Source: an uncultured Candidatus Saccharibacteria bacterium
GTDB lineage: Bacteria > Patescibacteriota > Minisyncoccia > Ryanbacterales > GWA2-47-10b
Assembly (NCBI GenBank): GCA_964653715.1
Contig: CAZZGX010000027.1
Location: 1,836 to 65,835 of the forward strand
Direction of reading: 5' to 3'
DNA: 64,000 nucleotides
In this document: positions 19,981-29,645 of the stretch, piece after piece
Position numbering within the stretch: the stretch's first letter is position 1
Layout of the letters: every line of letters begins with the position of its first letter
Notes under the pieces: generated by a model
What the model was told of the DNA's origin: nothing
Seen by the model: the letters and a program-made list of their open reading frames with translations, nothing else
Databases searched by the model: none
Made by a program: the position numbers and the translations under genes

Positions 19981-21318
19981 ATGCCCGATCCGCTAAAAAT
20001 TCCTCCTCATTCCAAAGAAGCAGAAATGGCCGTCTTGGGATCAGTGATGATCGACCGAAACGCGATTACGCGCGTGGTCGATATTTTGCTGCCGGATGAT
20101 TTTTATCACAATGAACACGGCATCATTTGGACGACTATGATGAATCTATTCGATAAAAGCGCTCCGCTTGATATTCTTGCTGTTCAAGGACATCTCACCG
20201 AGCGCGGACTTCTTGAACGCGCAGGCAACGCGAGCTATCTCGCAACCCTCGTCAATTCAGTCGCGAGCGCTGGAAGTATCACTCACTACGCTGAAATCGT
20301 GAAAAAAAAGCGGGTGTTGAGGGATCTTATTACATCCGCGCACCACATTGGCGATCTTGGTTATCAGGAAGGAGAAGATATTGAACTCTTGCTCGACGAA
20401 GCGGAACGAAAAATATTTTCAATTTCCCAGCATTCCCTTCGTCAACGCTTCGCGCCTGTTCGCGACGCGCTCACGGAAGCATGGGAACGAATCGACATGC
20501 TTCACAAAGGCAAAGGAACGCTCCGCGGTGTGCCGACCGGATTTGAAAAACTAGATAATATTTTATCGGGACTTCAAAAATCAGACCTCGTCGTGCTTGC
20601 CGCGCGTCCATCGCTCGGGAAAACCGCGTTGGCGCTTGATATCGTGCGCAACGCCGCCGTCAATCACAAAATTCCGGTTGCTATTTTTTCGCTTGAAATG
20701 TCAACCCAGCAACTCGTTGATCGTTTCATCGCGGCAGAAGCCCATGTGGATCTCTGGAAACTCCGCACGGGAAACCTCTCGGAAACCTCAAATGATTTCC
20801 AGAGAATCAACGACGCGCTTTCGCGCCTTGCCGAGGCCCCAATCTATATTGATGACGCAGCTACGAGCTCGGTTCTTCAGATGCGTGCGATGGCGCGACG
20901 GCTACAAGCTGAAGTCCCGCTCGGTCTTATTGTCGTCGATTATCTGCAGCTCATGCAGCCCCGACAGATTTCTGACAGTATGGTCCAGCAAATCACTGAG
21001 ATCTCGCGCTCGCTCAAGCAACTAGCACGCGAGCTTGATGTGCCCGTGCTTGCGCTTTCGCAGCTTTCGCGCGCGGTTGAGCAACGTCATCCTCCCATTC
21101 CAAGGCTGTCGGATCTTCGAGAATCCGGATCTATTGAGCAGGACGCTGACGTGGTCATGTTTATTTATCGGGAAGATAAAGTAAAACGAGATTCAAATCG
21201 TCCGAATATCGCGGAGATTTTAGTAGAAAAACACCGCAACGGGCCTACCGGACGAACAGAGCTCTATTTCAACGCCGAGAAAGTTAGTTTTTCCTCGCTT
21301 GATGAAACCTTTATATAA
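19981..21318 (+). CDS. dnaB: Replicative DNA helicase
   Basis: DnaB N-domain (KEAEMAVLGSVMID) and RecA-like P-loop (ARPSLGKTALALDI). Confidence 0.95.
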   Translation: MPDPLKIPPHSKEAEMAVLGSVMIDRNAITRVVDILLPDDFYHNEHGIIWTTMMNLFDKSAPLDILAVQGHLTERGLLERAGNASYLATLVNSVASAGSITHYAEIVKKKRVLRDLITSAHHIGDLGYQEGEDIELLLDEAERKIFSISQHSLRQRFAPVRDALTEAWERIDMLHKGKGTLRGVPTGFEKLDNILSGLQKSDLVVLAARPSLGKTALALDIVRNAAVNHKIPVAIFSLEMSTQQLVDRFIAAEAHVDLWKLRTGNLSETSNDFQRINDALSRLAEAPIYIDDAATSSVLQMRAMARRLQAEVPLGLIVVDYLQLMQPRQISDSMVQQITEISRSLKQLARELDVPVLALSQLSRAVEQRHPPIPRLSDLRESGSIEQDADVVMFIYREDKVKRDSNRPNIAEILVEKHRNGPTGRTELYFNAEKVSFSSLDETFI

Positions 21319-21319
21319 C

Positions 21320-21937
21320 ATGCACCCCGATCCAATACAAAAAATCATAGAATACTTCATGCGGCTCCCGGGCATTGGCCCGCGCCAAGCGTCTCGCTTT
21401 GCCTATACGTTGCTCGATGAGGATAAAAGGACAATCGAGGGCTTTGGAAACGCGCTTAAGGATCTTGAAAAACACGTCGGTCGCTGTAGCGAGTGTTTCC
21501 GAAGTATTACGAAAAAAAATGGCGAAGAAATATGCGCCGCGTGTAGTGTCGAATCGCTCACCGCCATTTTAGTGGTCGAAAAAGATCAGGATCTCGAAAC
21601 AATTGCCAAGAGCGGCATTTGGGAGGGCGCGTATCATGTACTTGGCGGCACTATCTCGCTTCTTAACGAAAAAACACGTGTTACCGAACGAATTCGAACT
21701 CTCTATGAACGCCTTGAAAGGCGACTTAAGAAAAAAAATTCCATAGAGATTGTACTCGCGACATCGGCAACGACAGAGGGTGATTCGACGGCACTCTACA
21801 TAGAGCGGGTGCTTGAGCCTTTCACGAAGGAGAAGAAAATAACCTTGTCGCGTCTCGGAAGAGGCATCTCCACGGGGACTGAGATGGAGTACGCTGACCC
21901 GCAAACCTTAAAAAATGCCTTTAAAAACAGAAAATAA
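21320..21937 (+). CDS. recR: Recombination protein RecR
   Basis: HhH (RLPGIGPRQASRFAY), C4 zinc finger (CSEC...C..C) and Toprim region. Start set at ATG 21320, immediately after the dnaB stop. Confidence 0.9.
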   Translation: MHPDPIQKIIEYFMRLPGIGPRQASRFAYTLLDEDKRTIEGFGNALKDLEKHVGRCSECFRSITKKNGEEICAACSVESLTAILVVEKDQDLETIAKSGIWEGAYHVLGGTISLLNEKTRVTERIRTLYERLERRLKKKNSIEIVLATSATTEGDSTALYIERVLEPFTKEKKITLSRLGRGISTGTEMEYADPQTLKNAFKNRK

Positions 21938-21944
21938 AAACATC

Positions 21945-21975
21945 TTTACATTCTTTTTTTACGGTGTAGAAATAA
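21945..21975 (+). promoter_or_regulatory. Putative sigma70 promoter (TTTACA - 16 nt - TAGAAAT) for the orphan toxin gene
   Basis: Hexamer spacing read directly from the sequence. It is followed by a GGAGGGAGGA SD. Confidence 0.4.
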
Positions 21976-21994
21976 ATAAGACGTGGAGGGAGGA

Positions 21995-22270
21995 ATGACA
22001 AAGCTCGACATTACGTTGAGTGCAGACAAAGAACTCCAATCCATATGCTGTAAAAGACAAGTAGATCAAGTGAGTCGTACGATCCTTGATATCGCGAGTG
22101 ACCCATTTATGCGTGAGACACGGGATCTCGAAAATAATCCGGGAGTGCGGTATATCGCGGTTGAGAACTTTTATATATTATATTATGTAGCCGAATCTGC
22201 GGGAGAGGACAAGCCCCGCCTAGTCAGTATTATGGGAGTTCTCAACGGCCCCTATCATCCACTTCACTAA
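21995..22270 (+). CDS. RelE/ParE-family toxin-like protein (orphan, no cognate antitoxin ORF adjacent)
   Basis: A 91-aa protein with the ParE/RelE pattern ...NNPGVRYIAVENFYILYYVAE...RLVSIMGV. It has its own SD and promoter. Start corrected from 21983 to ATG 21995, because MEGG is the SD. Confidence 0.55.
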   Translation: MTKLDITLSADKELQSICCKRQVDQVSRTILDIASDPFMRETRDLENNPGVRYIAVENFYILYYVAESAGEDKPRLVSIMGVLNGPYHPLH

Positions 22271-22294
22271 AGACCGGACCACGGTCTTTTTTTT
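22271..22294 (+). terminator. Intrinsic terminator (AGACCG-GACCA-CGGTCT + T8)
   Basis: Hairpin plus U-run directly after the toxin stop codon. Confidence 0.7.
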
Positions 22295-22358
22295 CGACAA
22301 AAACCGTAATACGTGTTAGAGTCCTGGATAGAAAACCTACGACAGGAGGACAAACAGA

Positions 22359-22970
22359 ATGACCCGCACGCTTGTCGCCGCACTTGCTCTTTTCATCATC
22401 GCCACCAGTTCACATGCTCTTGTCCTTTGCACATCTTCGCGCGGTACCGAAACAATCCGTATTCGAAATGTATGCTCGAAAAACGAACTACAACTCGACC
22501 CCGTTGCTCTCGGGCTTCAAGGACCAAAAGGTGACCCGGGTATCAACCCGATACCCTGTGCTTCGCAAATTGGCAACGAAGTATACTTCGAAGAATGTAA
22601 CGTAAACATTCGAAACGGGAGTGGTGCTACGGATGGAGTACTGAATGGTTTAGGTAATTTGGTAATTGGCTACAACGAGGACCTAAATAATCATAGTGTT
22701 CGAACGGGTTCTCATAATATTGTTGTGGGGAGTAACCACTCATATTCGAGTTTTGGTGGACTGGTTTCTGGTGCCTGGAACACAGTCAGCGGTCCAGCAA
22801 GCTCAGTTATTGGTGGCTATCAAAATATCGCCAGTGGCTGCGCATCTTCTATCACCGGCGGAAATGGCAATTTAGCCCAAGGATGCTATTCATCTGTCAG
22901 TGGTGGGCATGAACGGTCTGTCTACGAAACTAGCAACTGGGCCGCTGGTAATCTCTTCGAACCAAATTAG
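22359..22970 (+). CDS. Secreted protein with collagen-like G-x-y triplets and YadA-head/tail-fibre-like beta-helical Ser/Gly repeats
   Basis: Signal peptide MTRTLVAALALFIIATSSHA, a GLQGPKGDPG triplet run, then periodic N.a.G..SS..GG..N.asG repeats. Strong SD ACAGGAGGA. Confidence 0.6.
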   Translation: MTRTLVAALALFIIATSSHALVLCTSSRGTETIRIRNVCSKNELQLDPVALGLQGPKGDPGINPIPCASQIGNEVYFEECNVNIRNGSGATDGVLNGLGNLVIGYNEDLNNHSVRTGSHNIVVGSNHSYSSFGGLVSGAWNTVSGPASSVIGGYQNIASGCASSITGGNGNLAQGCYSSVSGGHERSVYETSNWAAGNLFEPN

Positions 22971-23048
22971 TTACACAACTTCACGCCCCTCGCAAACCAG
23001 CGATGGGCTTTTTTTATTCAATTGATTAGTTTTTCTGTCTTAACAAAA

Positions 23049-23072
23049 TAAAAAAACCTCCCTGAGGGGAGG
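23049..23072 (-). terminator. Intrinsic terminator for the minus-strand paralog pair (CCTCCC-TGA-GGGAGG preceded by A7 on plus)
   Basis: Hairpin plus T-run when read on the minus strand, 30 nt past the 23100 stop. Confidence 0.55.
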
Positions 23073-23099
23073 TTCGTTCCGACTTTGTTTTCTTCTGTT

Positions 23100-23450
23100 T
23101 CATTGTTTTTCCGCAAAAGCGGCGCCAGATGTGATACCCAGTCCTTTTCGCAGGTAGCCAGCATCAATCCCAAGCGCGTCGCAAACATTTTCGAATGAGT
23201 ACGGCCACGTTCTATCAACGCTCTCGAACCACTGCCATGCCTCGTGCCAAATTGTACGCCTTTTGACGCTGGGGATACTCTTGTATTCTTGGTAGATCTT
23301 AATGGTACCTTCGAGCAGAGCTAACATAAGTTTTTTCTCGGGCCTGATGTTTACGCGGCTCGTTCGGCGAAAATCATCACACTGAGATGGAAGAAAGTCA
23401 TCCAAGGCGCTTAAGGTCCGCCGAACCCGAGTGCTACGAATATTACTCAT
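23100..23450 (-). CDS. Hypothetical protein, paralog A of a tandem pair (shared C-terminal motif FxNVCDxLGIDAxYLRxGL ... AAFAEK)
   Basis: 116 aa. Clear similarity to the adjacent ORF (LMLALLEGTIKIY / LMLAVLENGIKDY; YSFENVCDALGIDAGYLRKGL / FSFLNICDKLRINADYLRSGL). Confidence 0.55.
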   Translation of the reverse strand: MSNIRSTRVRRTLSALDDFLPSQCDDFRRTSRVNIRPEKKLMLALLEGTIKIYQEYKSIPSVKRRTIWHEAWQWFESVDRTWPYSFENVCDALGIDAGYLRKGLGITSGAAFAEKQ

Positions 23451-23892
23451 TGGCTTCTTCTTTTTCAGCTAAGAAAAAGGCGGATGGAAGCTTCGAAAAA
23501 ACATTGGTTCTGCCTCTATTTATTTTTTTCTTTAGAAGTCCGGAACGCAAATAGTCAGCGTTAATCCGCAATTTGTCGCATATATTCAGAAAAGAAAACA
23601 GCAATTCTGATTCATTAGAAAATATCCAACTTTCAGCTTTCTTTTCTAAACGACGACGACACCTGGAGTCCTGGTAATCATGAAGACCTTGAGCGTTCTT
23701 ACCCAAATAGTCCTTGATACCATTTTCTAGAACCGCAAGCATGAGCGCTTCTTCGCCAGTCCGGAATAGAGTCTTATTCATATCCGCAAGCTGACTAGGC
23801 AGTATGATCGCGGACTCGAACAAGCTATTGATTATTTCCTCTACAGCCTCATCGCGTAGCTCATAGGTATACCTCAATGCCGAACGATTCAT
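23443..23892 (-). CDS. Hypothetical protein, paralog B of the tandem pair
   Basis: 149 aa from ATG 23892, preceded by GGGAGGAGGGGG. The ORF-track N-terminus (to 24111) is antisense read-through of tRNA-Lys and was trimmed. Confidence 0.55.
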   Translation of the reverse strand: MNRSALRYTYELRDEAVEEIINSLFESAIILPSQLADMNKTLFRTGEEALMLAVLENGIKDYLGKNAQGLHDYQDSRCRRRLEKKAESWIFSNESELLFSFLNICDKLRINADYLRSGLLKKKINRGRTNVFSKLPSAFFLAEKEEANE

Positions 23893-23972
23893 ATCCCCCT
23901 CCTCCCAATGACGATGAACTTTCGAAAATACATTACCATAGGTATGTGAAGTTTGTCGAATTCCATCCCAAC

Positions 23973-24045
23973 TCCGCCCGGCAGGAATCGAACCTGCGAC
24001 CATCTCCTTAAAAGGGAGCTGCTCTACCGACTGAGCTACGGGCGG
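23973..24045 (-). tRNA. tRNA-Lys (anticodon UUU), CCA not encoded
   Basis: Hand-folded cloverleaf: D-arm TAGCTCAGTCGGTAGAGCA, anticodon loop CTTTTAA, variable loop TGGTC, T-arm GCAGGTTCGATTCCTGC (near-identical to E. coli tRNA-Lys), acceptor CCGCCCG/CGGGCGG, discriminator A. Confidence 0.85.
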
Positions 24046-24059
24046 AGTTGGGAAACAAT

Positions 24060-24512
24060 TTATCGTGAGCGCGATATCAGAAAAAGGCCTATGAGGGGCA
24101 TGACCATCCAAAAAAGAAACGCGTTGTTGCCGCTAAAAAAGGCTAATGTGAGCGGCGAGAACTTTACTATACCACGGAATGAAAGTAAGTTCAATGTACC
24201 TGCCATAAAAAGTCCGATCGCGAGAAAACTCGCGATAAACGATTGCCACCATTTGTATGAGGCGCGCTCGGCACGCAATATCACGCGATCAAAAAACAAA
24301 AAAAGGACAAGCATAAGCCCAGCGTAGAAAGAAAGGTTACGGTATATATGGTAGTCAATCTTATATTCGTCAAAAAGCTTGAAGAACAGCGGACTTAAAA
24401 AGAGGGAAAGATATGTGGCAAGCATAAAAGAAAGAAGTTTTGTCTTGCCGTTTCCCATCATTCCGCCGATAAGCCCCGCCAGCAAAAAAATAAAACGAGG
24501 AGCGCATCCCAC
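24060..24512 (-). CDS. Hypothetical polytopic membrane protein
   Basis: Four predicted TM segments and no recognisable motif. Start uncertain. Confidence 0.4.
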   Translation of the reverse strand: MGCAPRFIFLLAGLIGGMMGNGKTKLLSFMLATYLSLFLSPLFFKLFDEYKIDYHIYRNLSFYAGLMLVLFLFFDRVILRAERASYKWWQSFIASFLAIGLFMAGTLNLLSFRGIVKFSPLTLAFFSGNNAFLFWMVMPLIGLFLISRSR

Positions 24513-24559
24513 GCCGGATTTCGCAGTACGGCTTCAAATGAGGCAAGGAGCGGCATCTT

Positions 24560-25612
24560 CTACAATCCTTCTCGTCCGAGCTCTTCGGCAAGCGTCTTAA
24601 GCCGAGGAGTCAATTTTTTTGGCATCTTGATTTTCACTTCGATCAAGAGATCTCCTCGAGATCCGTTTTCGCGGAGAACTCCCTTTCCACCCACTTTAAG
24701 AATCTCGCCGTCAACAACTCCTTGCGGAATTTTCAATTTGAGAGAGCCGTCAAGAGTCGAGATAACGTGAGAACCACCGAGCAACGCTTCCGAAAGAGGC
24801 GTATTGAGTTGCATGAGTAAATCATTGCGTGAACGTTTGAACACTGGGTGGGCTAAGACTCGGACTTTGACATACAAGTCCCCAGCCTCCCCATTTCGTT
24901 GCGCCTCACCTTTATGCGGAATTCGCACGACCTCACCGTTTTCAATACCGGGAGGAATCATAATTCGAATTTCTTCACCGCGCGCGACTACTCCCTCACT
25001 ATGACACGAAGCACACTTTTTTTCCGGGATTTTCCCTTCACCATGGCACGTTTGGCATTCAATGACTTGCGTAAAATTTCCAAAAAACGAGCGCCGCGTG
25101 TCGCGAATAGTCCCAGCGCCGTGGCATTTGCTACACGTGGTCTCGCTTGATTCTTTCGCGCGTCCGGATCCTTTGCACGTTTCGCATAAAACGCGCTTTC
25201 GTATAAGCACGCGCCGCTCGGCTCCAAATACCGATTCGGCAAATGGAATATCGATATCAATCGAAATATCACGCCCACGCCTTTTTGTACTTGTCCCTCC
25301 CCCAGCGCCGCCGAAAAAAGACTCAAAAATGTCTCCCATATCAACATCTTCAAATCCGCGAAAAGACCCAAAATCCCAGCCACTAGGCGCTCCTCCGGGA
25401 CTACCATCAGCAACGCGCCCAAATTGATCATACTGCGCGCGTTTTTGATCATTAGATAGTACCTGGTAGGCTTCATTGACCTCTTTGAATTTTTTTTCAT
25501 CCCCTCCAGTTTTATCGGGATGAAACTGGTGCGCCAACTTGCGGTAGGCCTTTTTAATCTCCTCCTTGGAGGCACTTCGCACCACGCCTAGAATTTCATA
25601 ATAGTTTTTCAT
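24560..25612 (-). CDS. dnaJ: Molecular chaperone DnaJ
   Basis: J-domain (YYEILGV...HPD), G/F region and four CxxCxGxG zinc-finger repeats. Confidence 0.95.
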   Translation of the reverse strand: MKNYYEILGVVRSASKEEIKKAYRKLAHQFHPDKTGGDEKKFKEVNEAYQVLSNDQKRAQYDQFGRVADGSPGGAPSGWDFGSFRGFEDVDMGDIFESFFGGAGGGTSTKRRGRDISIDIDIPFAESVFGAERRVLIRKRVLCETCKGSGRAKESSETTCSKCHGAGTIRDTRRSFFGNFTQVIECQTCHGEGKIPEKKCASCHSEGVVARGEEIRIMIPPGIENGEVVRIPHKGEAQRNGEAGDLYVKVRVLAHPVFKRSRNDLLMQLNTPLSEALLGGSHVISTLDGSLKLKIPQGVVDGEILKVGGKGVLRENGSRGDLLIEVKIKMPKKLTPRLKTLAEELGREGL

Positions 25613-26553
25613 GTAAGAGAGTGGGTTCCGAGCTCAACAGTTATTGTTCTCAATTCTACAACTTTATACCGAAGAAGCAATTGGAGAATAAGAAATGCGC
25701 AAAAAACGACAAGCCAGTTTATGAAAAACGCGATGAAACGGAGCAGTACGAAAAGACCTACAGCAAAGGCAACAGGAAAAAGATTCTTATACGAAACCAG
25801 TTGATTTTCAATCATACGAATGCCAATTTGATAAAAAATATAAGAAACGGAATCGTTTGATTGAATGGCAACACCAGTTTTTTTACCAAGACTTGCCACT
25901 CCCTGTTCGATAAGAAGCGACCGCTCCACCGGGCTAAAAGATTCCGGACTTTTTTTGAGATCGGCTGCCGCTACGCGCACAATATATTCTGCAAGCGAAA
26001 TATCTTTTTGAAACCCCGGCATAATCTTTGTAATAGCAGGCTCTCCCCACCCAATCAAACGGATAAAAAGACTCTCCGGCACAATTTTTTTGAAATCCGG
26101 TGATGTGTTGGGGACTGTCACATACGAAGCCATGGCTACAAGAACCGCCAAAAACGTCGTGGTAAGCGGTATAGCCTTACGAAGTGGTCTTGTGATTCCT
26201 GCCTTGATAACCAGTTGCATTTCTCTCCGCGCCCGGAAATAACCGACGACACCAAAGAAAAAAAGAAGAAGAGAGGCCACGAGTAACGAGAAATCTTGGT
26301 ACCAAAAAAATACCGTAAACGAAGAAATTGCCCACGCGATTACAAAAACCCACGAGCGCTCAATGAGAAGAATCGCAAGCGCTAAAACCGTCAACTGGAG
26401 CAATACGGCAATCACGCTACTCCAGAAAACCGCCGTGAACTGCCACTCTGGAAGTAGGAAATAGACTGAAAGTGAAAGCCAAAAAAGTAACGAGGTAGGG
26501 ATGATAAAAAAGACAAGAACGAGTTCCTTATTTTCCGGGCTCATTCGTTTCAT
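25609..26553 (-). CDS. Hypothetical membrane protein encoded between dnaK and dnaJ
   Basis: Several TM helices and no recognisable motif. It overlaps both neighbours, so it is co-transcribed with the heat-shock operon. Confidence 0.5.
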   Translation of the reverse strand: MKRMSPENKELVLVFFIIPTSLLFWLSLSVYFLLPEWQFTAVFWSSVIAVLLQLTVLALAILLIERSWVFVIAWAISSFTVFFWYQDFSLLVASLLLFFFGVVGYFRARREMQLVIKAGITRPLRKAIPLTTTFLAVLVAMASYVTVPNTSPDFKKIVPESLFIRLIGWGEPAITKIMPGFQKDISLAEYIVRVAAADLKKSPESFSPVERSLLIEQGVASLGKKTGVAIQSNDSVSYIFYQIGIRMIENQLVSYKNLFPVAFAVGLFVLLRFIAFFINWLVVFCAFLILQLLLRYKVVELRTITVELGTHSLT

Positions 26554-28414
26554 TATCGCCCTTTACGTCCTCGTGCTCAACTTCGCGAGGCTGTGTATTC
26601 TCTGGAGCCGCTTGTTTTTGGTACAAGATTTCCCCGATTTTCTGGCTGGCAGCAGCAAAAGCCTGTGTTTTCTGTTTAATAGTCTCAACCAAGTCCCCTT
26701 TCAATGCTTCGGTGAGCTCCTCTTTTTTCTTTTGGATATCGTCAGCCACGTCTTTGGGAATTTTATCACCAGCTTCACGAAGACCTTTTTCAGCCGTATA
26801 GATTAGGGTATCGGCGATATTTTTGCTCTCGGCAAGCTCTTTTTTCTTTTGGTCCTCCGCAGCATACGCCGTAGCATCTTGTTTCATCCGCTCAATCTCG
26901 TCTTTACTCAAACCACTGGAGGCTTCGATCCGAACTGACTGTTCCTTGCTCGTTGCTTTATCTTTTGCTTTTACTGAGAGAATGCCGTTGACATCAATGT
27001 CAAACGTTACCTCAATTTGCGGCGTACCGCGAGATGCCGGCGGAATACCATCGAGCATAAAACGGCCCAACGATTTATTGTGTTCCGCCATCTCTCGCTC
27101 TCCCTGTAAAATATGAATTTCAACGGAAGTTTGCTGATCGGCTGCCGTCGAGAAAGTTTGCGTTTTTGCCGTGGGAATGGTCGTATTTTTTTCGATAAGT
27201 CGCGTAAAAACCCCTCCCATCGTCTCGAGTCCGAGTGAGAGAGGCGTTACGTCGAGAAGAAGGATATCTTTTACGTCTCCCTGCAATATCCCCGCTTGCA
27301 CCGCAGCTCCGAGTGCCACAACTTCATCGGGGTTGATGGAACGATTTGGGTCTTTGCCAAAAATATTTTTAACAGCCTCGACGATTGCGGGCATCCGCGT
27401 CTGGCCTCCTACAAGAATTACTTCGTTGATATTGGTAAGCGCAAATCCCGCGTCTTTGACGACTTGTTTTGTAATCTCAATCGATTTCTCAACATAGGGT
27501 CCCACGAGCTCTTCAAGTTTCGCGCGAGTTAACTTCATCAAAAGATGCTGCGGACCTGACGCGTCTGAGGTAATAAATGGAATATTGATCTCATGTTCAA
27601 CTGTGCTTGAAAGCTCATGCTTCGCCTTTTCGGCAGATTCCTTGAGGCGCTGAAGCGCCATCGTGTCTCTAGAGACATCAACCCCACTCTGTTTTTTAAA
27701 TTCCGCAACGATCCATTCGATGATTTTCTGGTCAAAATCGTCTCCGCCCAAATGCGTATCGCCTCCAGTCGCCCTCACTTCAATCGTATCCTCGGCAATT
27801 TCCAATACAGAAACATCAAAGGTACCCCCACCAAAATCATAGACGACAATTTTTTCATCTTTCTTTGTATTTAAACCGTACGCAAGCGCTGCAGCAGTCG
27901 GCTCGTTTAAAATTCGACGCACGGTAAACCCTGCGATCTCGCCGGCATCTTTCGTCGCTTTTCGTTGAGAATCATCGAAATACGCGGGAACAGTAATAAT
28001 AGCTTCCTTTATTGGTTCTCCGAGCTTTTCTTCCGCATCAGCTTTTAGCTTTTGGAGAATCATGGCCGAGATCTCCTCGGGCCGTTTCCAGCCGTCGCCC
28101 AAATGAACCTCAACGCCCCCATTGGAAGATGAGCGAATATCATACGGAAGTAATGTTTTGTCCCGCGTTATCACGGCATCACTGAATTTCCGTCCGATAA
28201 GCCGTTTTGCGGAAAAAACAGTTCCCTTGGGATTGGTAACGGCCTGACGCTTTGCCAAAAGTCCTACCAAGCGTTCCCCGATTTTTGAGATAGCCACAAT
28301 CGAAGGCATTGTCCGATTGCCTTCTTTGTTTTCAATAATGCGCGGCGTTCCTCCTTCAACAATAGCCATTGCTGAGTTTGTTGTTCCTAAGTCTATTCCT
28401 AATATTTTTGCCAT
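26528..28414 (-). CDS. dnaK: Molecular chaperone DnaK (Hsp70)
   Basis: N-terminus [22 protein letters not shown], Hsp70 signatures ([10 protein letters not shown]), and a C-terminal lid. Confidence 0.97.
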   Translation of the reverse strand: MAKILGIDLGTTNSAMAIVEGGTPRIIENKEGNRTMPSIVAISKIGERLVGLLAKRQAVTNPKGTVFSAKRLIGRKFSDAVITRDKTLLPYDIRSSSNGGVEVHLGDGWKRPEEISAMILQKLKADAEEKLGEPIKEAIITVPAYFDDSQRKATKDAGEIAGFTVRRILNEPTAAALAYGLNTKKDEKIVVYDFGGGTFDVSVLEIAEDTIEVRATGGDTHLGGDDFDQKIIEWIVAEFKKQSGVDVSRDTMALQRLKESAEKAKHELSSTVEHEINIPFITSDASGPQHLLMKLTRAKLEELVGPYVEKSIEITKQVVKDAGFALTNINEVILVGGQTRMPAIVEAVKNIFGKDPNRSINPDEVVALGAAVQAGILQGDVKDILLLDVTPLSLGLETMGGVFTRLIEKNTTIPTAKTQTFSTAADQQTSVEIHILQGEREMAEHNKSLGRFMLDGIPPASRGTPQIEVTFDIDVNGILSVKAKDKATSKEQSVRIEASSGLSKDEIERMKQDATAYAAEDQKKKELAESKNIADTLIYTAEKGLREAGDKIPKDVADDIQKKKEELTEALKGDLVETIKQKTQAFAAASQKIGEILYQKQAAPENTQPREVEHEDVKGDNETNEPGK

Positions 28415-28430
28415 ATTGTTTTATAGTAAT

Positions 28431-28976
28431 TTATTTATCTTTCAATTTTGCGACTTTTACTCGTGAAGGTCGGATAACCTCGTCCTGCATTTGATAGCCT
28501 TTCTGAAATTCTTCTACTACTACGCCGTCCTCATTTGGATCTTCTGTTTCTCTTGTTTCAATCGCTTCATGATATTGGGGATTAAATGTTTTTCCTATAG
28601 ATTCCATGGCCGTAATACCGTACTCGTCGAGAAGCTTGAGACATTTATCGTACATTCTCCGGATTCCTTCCGCCCAAGGTATATGCGGCACCTCAAGCAG
28701 AAATGCCTTTTCAAAATTATCGATAATATCGAGAAGATCCTTGACGGCAAGTTTCTTGAGAAAGCGCGCCCGCTCGGCATCCTCGCGTTCATACTGGCGC
28801 TGGCCGTTGATAAAATCTGCTTTCGCTCGCTGCCAACCTTTCAAATACTCATCCTTCTCATCTCTGCATACCGCAAGATCTTTTTTGAGCCTCGCGATCT
28901 TCGCCGCAATCTCATTATCGCCATCCACCAGCTCTATTTCTTCTTCTTGGTCGTCCTTGGGTCTTTTTTCTTCCAT
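28431..28976 (-). CDS. grpE: Nucleotide exchange factor GrpE
   Basis: Coiled-coil N-terminus and GrpE C-terminal beta-domain (GTVVEEFQKGYQMQDEVIRPSRVKVAK). Confidence 0.9.
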   Translation of the reverse strand: MEEKRPKDDQEEEIELVDGDNEIAAKIARLKKDLAVCRDEKDEYLKGWQRAKADFINGQRQYEREDAERARFLKKLAVKDLLDIIDNFEKAFLLEVPHIPWAEGIRRMYDKCLKLLDEYGITAMESIGKTFNPQYHEAIETRETEDPNEDGVVVEEFQKGYQMQDEVIRPSRVKVAKLKDK

Positions 28977-29629
28977 ACCCGCATAAGAGAAATTAATTGG
29001 TCATAATGCATCCGTATAGGACCCGCGATACAAAACATATCGCCATCGGATGTTTTGGTAACAACAACGCTAATATGATGGAGCGGCTGAATTTGGTTTT
29101 CTTCCCCGATAACAACATCGAAAGAATCGGCGGTAATCTGGCTTGAGTATGTCTTTTCAAATCGTTCAAACGTATCAAGAAATGTCCCAAATTCCTGCAT
29201 ATACGGCTTGCTGAAAAATTCCGGTTCTTGAAAGATTTTATCAAAACCGATTGGGCGGGAGCCCGTCGAGTACGACAAAAGATGGAAGTGCTCTGCGATT
29301 TTTTCCTGAAGCGCCCGAAGGCTCACCGCGTCTTCTACAAAAAGAAGGCGTTCGATCGCGTGAGGTAGAAGAGATGAACGCGCCTCGCCCGAAAGAACAC
29401 GGTCAACAAAAAATCGGTAGCCGCGCGTCTGCGGGACTCGTCCGCCGGAAGTATGCGGCTGTTCGATGTATCCTTCGTCTGTCAGATCGGTAAAAATATT
29501 TCTGATTGATGCCGCACTTAAAGTATTCTTCATCCGATGCGCAATTTTTTCACTTGATACGGGCTCGGCCGTTTTAATATACTCCCTGACCAATATTTCA
29601 AGGATATTTTGTTCTCGCTCTCCGATCAT
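28934..29629 (-). CDS. hrcA: Heat-inducible transcription repressor HrcA (short form)
   Basis: N-terminal wHTH (ILEILVREYIKTAEPVSSEKIA...SAASIRNIFTDLTDEGYIEQPHTSGGRVPQTRGYRFFVD), upstream of grpE-dnaK-dnaJ, with CIRCE immediately 5'. Confidence 0.85.
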   Translation of the reverse strand: MIGEREQNILEILVREYIKTAEPVSSEKIAHRMKNTLSAASIRNIFTDLTDEGYIEQPHTSGGRVPQTRGYRFFVDRVLSGEARSSLLPHAIERLLFVEDAVSLRALQEKIAEHFHLLSYSTGSRPIGFDKIFQEPEFFSKPYMQEFGTFLDTFERFEKTYSSQITADSFDVVIGEENQIQPLHHISVVVTKTSDGDMFCIAGPIRMHYDQLISLMRVWKKKDPRTTKKKK

Positions 29630-29645
29630 ACGTCAAGTATACCAA

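Noticed and set aside
23443-24111. 222-aa ORF whose N-terminus runs through tRNA-Lys
   Set aside because: Residues ...VAQSVEQLPFKEMVAGSIPAGRS are antisense translation of the tRNA. The real gene starts at ATG 23892, which has a strong SD.
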